NCBI GenBank assembly: GCA_000934665.2
Contig: JYFJ02002038.1
Span: 1 to 64,000, forward strand
Reading direction: 5' to 3'
Source: Catajapyx aquilonaris
Taxonomy: Eukaryota
DNA: 64,000 nt
Every line of letters starts with the position of its first letter. Within the stretch, counting starts at the first letter, position 1. Positions 35,298-46,000 of the stretch are shown one piece after another. The position numbers were made by a program, and so were the translations under genes. Below the pieces are notes generated by a model. The model saw only the letters and a list, made by a program, of their open reading frames with translations. It ran no database searches and was not told the DNA's origin.

Positions 35298-38200
35298 TTA
35301 CACTACCATGGCAATAGGCCGTGCGAAGAACGTGCTCCGCTGATAGTCTCTATAGATACAAAGATCATCTGGTCCCAAAGAGTTCATTGTAGAAGTTTGC
35401 TCGAGCCATTATGATACACCCGTCAGCACTCTAGCAAGGTGCAAGCGTCTTTTCCATTTCCACCTTGCTCTGTAGAGCTCCATAGTCTACCGTTGTTCGA
35501 AACAATTTTTGGGGGGAGATTATGTGACATTCGTATAGTGTGGCACAGATAGTGGGTGTAGGATAGGGTATGACGGCACGTGAGGGTGTCGCAGTGGCAA
35601 CGACGCAAGCCTTATTGCGTCGGATGGGGTCCAGACCCTGAGCCTGAGCGTTCGGTCCCCTCTTTGAAAAAGCGGCCTGATGCCTTTGGAGCCACCCAAG
35701 CGGACCTAAAAGAGAAGAAAGCGGCGGATGGTGCTGGTGGTGGTGGTAGGTAGGGGTGGGGGGACTAGGGGGCAGGAGGAGAACTGTTTGAGCTCCACCA
35801 ACTGCACGGAATTCATCCTTCTAACCTTCCACCCACCGTCCCTTCTTTTTTCTCTCTCTCTCTCTTTCCTCTTCCACCCTCCTTCTTTTTCCTTCTCACT
35901 AAACCAAATTCCAAGACATTTGGTGACCCAACCAGAAGGATAGGTGGTGGATGGATAGGACTTGCACTGCGAGGGGGAGAGAAGGGACGACGCACACAAA
36001 GAGCGAGAGAGACTGGAGGGGACGTCGAAAGGAGGGGTGCGACAACCTGTTGGGTTGTGGAGAGTACAAGTCGATACTGCAAATGTCACCTGTTGACAGA
36101 ATTGCGCCACATGGCCCAGGTCCGTTCCCCAGAAAATTGGGCGACAATGGCAAGACCCAGCCTTCAGTACAGGTCCCATTATTATGCGGCGAGTTACAAT
36201 GTAGGTATAGTACACAGTCATCATCCCTGCCTTTTGAAACTGGTTTTAGTTCAATCTAGCCATTGCCTGCCGGATGGTACGCCGTAGCTTTTATTGACAA
36301 CTATAGTGAACCCGTTGCCAAAACCTATAATCAGTATGAGAGTGGCAACTCCTACGATATTATAGGCCTGGAACTTGGCGCTGGCGTCGGTGGCCGAATC
36401 TGCGGCATACTTGAGTCATACGATTTGTGTTGGTTCACAAGGCGTCCGCTCGAATGCGCCTGGCAACCCGATGGCTCCAGCGAGCGACTCCAGCGCCAGT
36501 GGAGACTCTCTAACTACGCTACCGTCACCATAAGGCTAGGGTAGAAGTTGCAGTGGTGGCAATCACACAACTTTAATGAGATGGCCCGACGATTTACCAC
36601 GTAGTACTATTCTTCAGGCATAGATGGCGCTTTGCACACTCCTACCACCATCTGAGCGGGAGTTAGCCGATGATATCAGGTCGAACAAACAGCCGACGGA
36701 GAGAATAAGCCTTTTAGGAGAAAGATGCCCGGTCCTATCCTCCTGGAAAAATCCTCATTGGCAACACTCCCTTCGCACTATTTCCGTTTCCCTTTTTCTG
36801 TCCGCCGAATCCAGAAACGCGGGTGCCTTGACCATTATGAGCATTCTCTACGGACCCAAGATTTATACCTCCCAGCTACAAGGCAACTATTGTTACAGTT
36901 TGGCCAACAGAAAGGGCCCGGTAATGCAGGGCAGTTTTTCCCACCGTTTTGGGGATCCCCCCGAAATTACGATCGCCGTTTTCACGCCGGGTCCTCCCTA
37001 AACTCTGCGTGTAATTCCCGAGACCAATGGCCACTCTATAAATCTAGTCCAATCTGCACATTCAAGCCAGGCAGGGGTTGGAAGGAATAGAAAAAATATT
37101 AAAAAGGGAGCAAATTTCTTATGAAATCAAGGCACCCCTCCCTCCCTGCCCCACACTAGTTCAAAAAAATGGTTACAAAGTTGGGTTGCGTTTTGGAGCG
37201 TGATTTATACTTGGTGGGTTGGGTAGAGGGGTTTTTCTATGCCTTTTCAACCGAACCCAAGGGTCCAAACTCACGTGCTTTTTTTTTTTGTTCCATGTGT
37301 GTGTCCTCCAGCCAAGAAAACCGTCTTGGGGGTACCCATGTAAGGTCGGCTCCGAATATTCCGGACCGTATGTGCAGTTCGGGGGTCCAGACACGCGACT
37401 GTGTGTGCGTTAAAAAAAAAATCAACCTTGAATTTGATGGGTAGCCCACCCTTTGAGGCCGTTTGAAATGCAACATTAGGACTCTTGGGTTACGTGATAT
37501 AAATCAGCCAATAAGAAACATGTGGTCGTGTGGTTCCTGGGTCCCTTTGACGATTCTGTACACAGTAGACTATAGGTGGTGCAAAACCATAATTCACGGT
37601 CCATAAAGCAACGGTAACATACCCTGGGGTAATAATTATGTAACGTGTTACATCATGTGGGTAAACTTGTGAACTCTCTCCAAAACTTGGCAACACCGCC
37701 TCTCCAGACGTAGTACCATATCTGTCACATAGATTGAGCACACTTCTGATGACTCACCGCGGACAGAGTCGCAGAGCTAATTCTATGTGACTAGCAGAAT
37801 ACCTTCGCACGGAAATTGAAGAATTAATATATGACAAACTTTGCCTTATATATGTAAGATTAATTCCGCTGTCCGGAGACAAGGCCCTTTTGGCTACTTG
37901 AACCAGCCAATAATCCGACCTTGGCGTATGAGTATAGTGATTAGTCACACAGAAAACCCGACTGTTGTGTGTGGCTAAGTAAAGAGCAAGGCTCGTGCTA
38001 ATTCGAAACAATTTCTTGATTTGCATTTTGTGTGCAGTTTCTGCCGGGCAATTTGGAGATTTTTTTGGGGGGTACTGCTGGAGGGTGGTTGGGTTGGGTT
38101 GGGTGTGGGGGGTCAGTAATTGGTCCGCGGTCTGCAGCTGGTCCATTCCCACATCACCAGTAATATAATGATGAGGCGGTCCTTTTTGCCCTTGCACGCC

Positions 38201-41200
38201 ATTTCGTGTTTTGGCAACGGATTACACCCCCCCTCCCTCCCTCCCTCTCTCCTCCTCAAAAATTCTTATTCGTGGGCAGAGCAAAAAATAGTTTTTTGGC
38301 AAGGGGGGGGGGGGGGCTAAAATAACATAGTAACACAAAAATTGCACGAAAACATTTTTGGCGACCGTTGCATGTTCTGTAATATTCATTTTTTTCCTCT
38401 CTCATTGCAGGTTTCCAATAACGTGACGAGGTCGACGCCACGCAGCCCACGTGGAAATTCTTTGTAAATAACGCGAAATATACCATATTGTACATAAATT
38501 CGCATACAAACACTGCCGGTTATTATTGAGGAACATGTTATTTTTTGGGGGGATATAGAGCGCTAAATAAAGAATTATGTGCCTTCTTTACTCCCCTGTC
38601 TGTTTTGAATATTATAACATCTTGAAGTCCTTTAACTTGGTTGTATCAATGCTTCGTTGTTATCGTTTTTAGGACCATATCTCTCACATAGATGGCGCCA
38701 TCTCTGCACATTACTGATGACTCACCACGGACAAGCAGAGGCACAGATCCTAAGCCAATTCTATACATACGAAACCGTTTTTCGCACGGCCTGTTTCCAT
38801 GGCAATGTAATCAACAACAATCAATCGTTTTTTTTTTTGACGCAATGGTAACCCGTTGCCATGGACAAACAAACAAACTTTCCTTCATATAATCCGTAAG
38901 ACAAGGTGGGGAGAACATGAGCGCGTAGCAATATTGATGCCGTAGATGAAAAACCAAACACCAGGAAAGAAACTAAATTTTGGGTATTTGGACTTTCGGT
39001 TTTCGTACTTTTCCCGTAATCAGCGGCATGTAATCCATCAGTGTGCCAAGTTTCAGCACTCTCAGTAGTCCGAAAGTGTATTAGGTGACCCGGACAAACA
39101 TACATGCTTACAAACTTTCCCGTTCATGAGACTACTTTATCTTCAAAAATGTACTTATTCGCTACTTTTTTTAGATGCGAAAAAATTGTGACGATGATTA
39201 TGACGATGATGATTATTATGACCAACAATGCGGGATGGTTGAGGGACACGGCTTGGAATATAATCCAGGTATATAGGAGTGTGGGTTTGTGATGGGGAGG
39301 GTTGGTGGCGTGTGGAGGGTGAGAGGGGGGCATAGGGCCAGAAGAGAGGGGGCCAGATGGTCTCCTAAGCTGGCCCATTGTCCCCCATGCGAAGGATCGT
39401 GGATGGGGAGAGGGGGGGGCATGGAAGTGTATATAGGCCTGCAACACAGCCTACAGGGGGAGACCGGGGCCTTATTCATGAGCCCCCATGTCTATAGGAC
39501 TCCATCAGATTGCAGCACACACATGCCATCAGGTCTGCTTTCAAGACACATGGTCAAATGCTCCACATTTTATTCGATCAGTTCAGTCTGCATGCTGGGA
39601 CACCCTGTATAAATCATCCGGTGTTAAAAATTACTGGTAAATAAATGGCTGGAGAGTGATTACTGATTAATGGCCCTCGAGGGTCATCATCCGAGAGAAA
39701 TTATGTGAGAGCTGTCGGGTCATATTTTTGGATAAACCCCGAGAATAAGCACCTCGATCACTCTCTTAATAAATTAGGCTCGCGGGGGTATGGGGGGGAA
39801 GGGAACCGTAATTTTTTTTAGAGAGAGAGAGAGAGAGAAAGGTTTGGGTGTTAGGAGAAGAGTTATGTGCATACCCGGGGTCGCCTCGGGGTGCAATTCC
39901 TGACCCACCTCCAAAAACCGAACCGTCTTGTCTATGGCCTATCGTCTCCCCCTTCTTACCACGCACCCTTCCTTCCCTAAGATATATATACAAAAAAAGA
40001 AATCTTACGCACCTCTGGCGACCCGGCGCGTGCCTCAAAGTGAGTAACGGGCCGCCGCGTTAACGGAAGAAATAAAAAAATACGTGCAGAGAAAAATATA
40101 TTTCTAACCACCCTCAACCCCTGGGTCACGTCGAGGTTCAGGCCTAATGTATAGTCGATCCCCATCTTACTTGAAATGTATACACTTGGCAGGGTTGGAC
40201 ATATCCTATACATAACTAGCAGTGGAACCCGTTCTTCGCACGGGCCAGTGTTGCCAAATTTCGGCAACTGTTTCGCTATTATAAATGGCAGAAAATGAGC
40301 AGTCTGCATGTTAGTCATGTTTGGCTGGACCGTTGCGACATCAGACCTTGAGACGTTGGAGGAAGACTCATAATTTTTCTTTTCCCCCTATAGCTTCAGG
40401 GGTTGGCCCCGGGGCGAACCCCCATCCAGGCGACACGATTCGTCCCCGACACGAGCCGAATAGCAATCAGACTAATAACCATAAGTGCAGCAATAAGTCT
40501 GCCTTCCATTATTTATATTTTTTTTCAGTTCAATTTATATCCCGGAGACCAGCCCCGCTGTCTACGGGTTGCCAGGTGAAGGGAGCGTGCTCTATGGAGC
40601 CATCTTTTGTCTTTTCACATCCACACCTGCCCCCTCCCCAGACAACCAATAAAAAAAAACAACCCGCGACGGGACGGCAACCGACCAAAAAAAAATTAAA
40701 AAGGAAATCAGCATAACCAGCATGCTAAATGGATGCAGAAAAGATGCAACCCGAGGCCCGTACTGACACGTGCTTGGAGTCTAATCAGCCCGCCCTCACC
40801 AGCCCGAGGGAAAGTGGACTGGTCACCCTCATCCAGGTAACGGGGACGTCAAGGTCGAAGGTCAACATATCACGAGGTCAAGGTCGAAATGGGACACAGC
40901 ACGATACAAAAATAAATTGTAGGTACCTTTGCTTGGTCCCTTCAGTGGAAAATGGTGCTCCAAGTAAAAAAAAATGTCCATTGGTGACATTGTTGACATT
41001 GTGACCTCTTCTTTTCCCAGTAGGCTAATTCTGTGTTGCTGCGTCGCTGGGTCGCTTCCAGGAAGAATCGCCTTTCGATTAGATTCGGAGGGTTTGTTGT
41101 GAACCGACCGGATGAAGCTGATTTCAGCGACGAGTCAAGCTTATCGATACAAAAATTACGCGCAGGAGATATGTGGTGGACTGCATGGCATCAACTGTTG

Positions 41201-41635
41201 ATATTATCTGGTCTATTTTACTCAGTCAAATGTACCACGCTCTATTATAAGTGACATTAGAGCATGCGGTATTCGGAGCAGGATCAAAAGGACCTATACA
41301 AAAAGGGGGTAAAATAATGAAGAGTGACTTTTTTGGGATTGCGATCCCAACATCTCACGTTTGGATGATCATTTATTCTCGCCACAATAAGAGACAGACG
41401 TTGAGCATAAAAAAAGGGTAATTGCAAGTCTCCGTTTCAATTATGCAACCCTCCTAGCCAAGGTCATTGGTTTGAGGGCCAAAGCAGCACAGATGGTCCT
41501 CTCAGAATGATGGAGGGGACGTGCCGGCGCTAACACACACACACAAAAAAAAAATCGAAAAGAAAAAGAATGAAAAAAGAGGGCAAAGCAAGCAAATGAA
41601 ATACAAAAAAAGAGAGCCGCCATATATGTTGGCAG

Positions 41636-43065
41636 CGCGTGAGGCACGCGATTCAATCTCGCAAATTAAACCCACAACAATTGTCGCCATATTGTAATGT
41701 ATATAGCAGAATCCGCCAAACTTTCCGATATGTCACACAAAAATTCGTTGGGAAATCCTATAGCGACAGCGACCGAAAATTATTGTCAAATATATTTGCA
41801 GGCTTTCGTTTATCAGAAAAATTGCGCTGAAACACGTTGCCTCAACATCCATAAAATGTCAAGGGTGGAAAAAAAATTTTGCCAAATTTTTTTTACAGGT
41901 AGGGGTAGATGGGGGGAGGCCGTATAAGGGTTCGACACCTGTTGATTTAGCAGGTTTTGTCCTCGACTAGATCACCTGCAAAGTCTGCGAAGGTTTACTG
42001 CCAAATAGAGACAAAACTTGTTTAGTAGCGGAAATGCTTCTGTCCGCAAAGAATTTTCTGATGGGTTTTCTTTGTCCGTTTCGCAGTCTTTGGGGCTTGA
42101 ACATGACGGGTCGTCTAGCCATTTTTGGTTTCTATATAGAAAAAACCGTATATGCACAAAAATTTCGTAACGGACTAAAAGTCAAGGTCCTATTCGTCGC
42201 TGAGTAGAACTGCAAACATGTTTCTCCGAAATACACTGGACGTTTTTCAAAAACTGCAAGCACCTGCTATGCATGTCGCAAACACCTGTGGAAAAAAATA
42301 GCTAATAAACTGGGGTCCTTTTTTGAGCCCAGAGGACATCAGGTCGTCCATTGTAGCCGCTTCAAAAATAGCCGCGTTTTTCCAATGACTCCTCAGTCTC
42401 TGGGGGCCTTGTCGTGTGTCCGGTCCTTCCAACATCCGGACATCGGTATACAAAAGCGGTGCTGTGTCCGGATTACAAAAAGAAAGGTTGAGTAAGCTTA
42501 GGGTCGGAAACAAAGGGCCCAATAAATCCGTGTGGAGAAAAAAAAAAGAAATGGCTGGCAGCGACACCTGCGCAGCCTATACTATATAACGTATAGTATA
42601 AAAGGAGGAGGAGGTGGTGGTGTAGTGGTGGAAATACACGTCCTGCACGTAACGGAACTTGTCTGGAATGGACACAACAAACAGCAACACACACACACAC
42701 ACCCAATCCCATTTTTCCACTTCCCCACCTGCTGCCTCCATCAGCTGTCTGCTTTGCCGCCACATTTCTTCCGTTCTTTTTCTTTCAGATGAAAAAAAAA
42801 AATACCCCCTTCATTTCACCCCTCGAGGGTAGGACAAACATTGTGATGATTGGGCTTCTAAATGCGTATACACAAAACGGTAGGCTCTTCCCGAAAGAAA
42901 CGCCATTAATTTGACGGCGAAACTTCGAGAGGAAAAACCCGCCGCTTCTCTGTGTGCACAGAGCATTCGGAGAAACTTGGCGCGTGCCAGGGTCCGAATA
43001 TTATTTGGAACAGTTTTTAGCGCAATTAAAAGGAGGATTACTTGTTGGGTGCACCTGCGCGCGTG
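41636..43065. promoter_or_regulatory. Candidate neural-precursor enhancer: proneural E-box cluster with bHLH-repressor sites
   Basis: RCAGSTG matches start at 41936, 41973, 42261, 42283, 42565, 42726, 42742 and 43052. GGCACGCG sites at 41643 (+) and 42979 (-); extra CGCGTG at 41636 and 43060. Confidence 0.5.
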
Positions 43066-46000
43066 TCCAAAAAACCAGGTTATTAACTTTAGCACTAGCA
43101 GGTCCGAACGTAGCAAGTCATGTAGAGTAAAAATACTGCCAAACTTGTTAGACCTGGTTGCACCACTACTGACAGGGCGACACCTGAACTGCCAAAATCA
43201 GATGACCGCAAAAAAAATCTCCCTCGAGTAAAAAGTGTGAAATGGACCACCCTGTATTGGGCCACCGAGAAAATAACAGATCCGGCATCCATTTTTAGTA
43301 CTAATCCCAAAAACCCACCCAAAAATGGAATCTCAGCGGCTCATCGGACCAGAATACTAATGAATCAGTGCCCCCTCAAAAATGTAGGTTAAGTTACACG
43401 CCCGGACTAATTAAGAGCGGGCGAGAATATAAATTAATAGGCTCCGATTAATATTTCAGTCTGCCGGACCCCCCACAGAAAAAGGAGATATTTTTAAAAA
43501 ACCTATTTTTTTTCGGAAGTTTTTTCGGAAGGATGCTTGCATGTGTGACAATGGGTTTGTAAGTCTGGGCAGGGAGCAGCAGGTTGAACTAATTACGATC
43601 GCGGCGTGAATGTTAAGCGTGCTGAGCAAGAATCAGGTTGTGTGGTTTAGGGGATATAAGGAATCTCCTGTACCAGATGGCCAGATGCCTAACTTACTCT
43701 CCTAAGGGCCTCAGTGTGTGTGATGCATTTATGCGCACACTCACACACGCCCAAAGAGGTTCGCCAGACACGCGACAGATAGATAGATATATTCGGAGAA
43801 GAAGAAGAAGGTAAGAAGAAGAAAAAAATGGTTATACGAGGGGGCAGATGGTAGGCGCGAGAGTCCGGCGGTTTTAAAAGGGACCAACGACCCTCTCTTT
43901 TGCTCTGCCCCGGGGCCGCCCCTCGCATTCTAATTGGGATTTTACGCACACTTTGCCAATCTCAAGAGTGGGTTTTTGGCATGCAGTAATGCTGGCGGGT
44001 TAATGCAATATGTTGGAATGATAAGAGGACAATGTCGTCGAAAAAATGGTGCCGGAGAACAAGCGTCTGAAAAATGCAAAACGGTCTCGTTTTAGCCATT
44101 GTGTAATGTAGTCCTTGAAGGGGTAATTAGATAAAAGATGAGAAACACAATATAATGAGTCAGTTTTCTGCTCTAGCACAAATGGAAATGGTTGAAGTCC
44201 ATGGACAGTGTGGCAGCCTGTATGTGATGAACCACCGTGATCTTCCAGCCCCACATACTGATGAGGGACCACCTCAGGCTGTGGCGTATATGCAAATAGA
44301 AGGATTCCAGGAAGAAGCGCGCCGGACTTGGAAAAATCTGGTCTCGGAAATAACAACTCCTTGGTTTTTCGCATGGGATGACCTTGCCTGTTGTTTTAAA
44401 AGTGTTTTTTAAAATGTGACAGACTCGTTTTCGTGCACCCTATACGAAAGAGAAGAAGAAAATAGTGGTGTGCAGCACCTGCTGATTCGTCGGTAGATTC
44501 GCCACATCCAAAGTGCGGATTCTAAGAAGAAATTCCCAGCTAGGCAATTTTAATAACTCTGTGTTTTAACATTGCAGCTGGCAGCTTTTTCCCAAGTACT
44601 GTCGCAAGCATTAGAACAACTTATCCGAAAAATCCAGGAGAACCACCAAATACTACCGGCTGACATCAAACAGCCAAAAAATATCACATTAATCTTCTCC
44701 CATGAAAAGTGGATCAAGTTTTTTTTCCACAATAATTCCGGTGACTGTAATTAGCGAAGGAGCCCTTCCCTTCCCTTACCCCCCACCCAAGACACGAGAC
44801 CAACAAACATAAAGGTAAAGCCGAAGAGGTGCCTGGTCAAAAAAATTTAAGAAAAAAAAATGGGAGCAATCGGCCTCCCTCCCTTTGGAAAAAGGATTGG
44901 AAGAAAAGTAATGACGGCGGCGATTGTTGATAAGAGAGTGAAAAAAGGCAAGGTTGCCAGATCCCTTCGGCACCACAGCATAAAAAAGAAGACTTCCCGA
45001 GGCCTGCCCAGCCCCCCGAGATATAAGACAGGCAACAATGCAAACCGCGCATACAAACACACACAAAAAAAATTAAGAGTTGGCGGCACACTTCGGCCTT
45101 CTTCATTAGCATGCCAGCTGCACGCGCACTGGCACATGTACCGAGGACCCCAACAATGAAACCAATGAGCCCAACAATAATCGAAGAGTGGAACAGAGTG
45201 CCAGAAAATTAGAAAATTGAGATGCTCTGTATACGTGCCCTGCTTAGTCCCGTCAGGTGCCAGAAAAAGTACTCCCATTTGAAATAAACTCAATTATCTC
45301 CCTTCAAGATTGTTGGCATTTTTTTCGGGCTATTTGGCATTTCCACTCTTTATCTTGACACCTTATCGCACATTGCAGATACGTCACTTTTGCTAAGCAA
45401 AAAAAGGGGCGCATCTACACATTTTGCTTGTTTTTCGCGGTCCGAATTTCACTGCCATTTCCTTGTGCCGGCCCCACAAAAATATGCTGAGAAAATGAAC
45501 TTGGCCCAGTGTTTAAATTCCTGTGACTCGGCATGGAGTTGGTGGGTCTGTTTTTTTGGGGGGATAATGGTCATGCAGGCAGGGCCACGCCGAAGGTCGT
45601 GCACACTCCACCGGCGGAGTCGGCTGTCTCTCTTCTTCTTCTTTTTCTCTCATATATTTTTTTATACCGTGTTATCCCCTGGGCCACGCGAGTGCTGATG
45701 GTGCACGTGACCAGCCAGCTATACGTATGCGCCCACTCACTTTTTTATATATTCTTCTTGGTCTTCTCTTCGGGGGTTTCTCTGCGGCTGCGGTCGCGTG
45801 CCAACAGATCCGTGACGACAATTTTTTTTCTGGAGGGGCCATCTCGGTACCTTTTTTTTTAAAAACTCGCCCTGAGGGTGAATTTACCCTCCGCCAAAGA
45901 CAAAACCGTTGTACTCATTACCGCCAATTTTTTTTCCCCCTACACCTCCCCTGGTTCATCTACCTCCAATTAACCGCCCTCGACACTACAGATTTAGAAA

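Noticed and set aside
44177..44195. Candidate terminal exon for ASH2 (phase-compatible, would add STNGNG*)
   Set aside because: The acceptor is plausible, but many such sites could fit a 9-kb intron; unsupported without cDNA.
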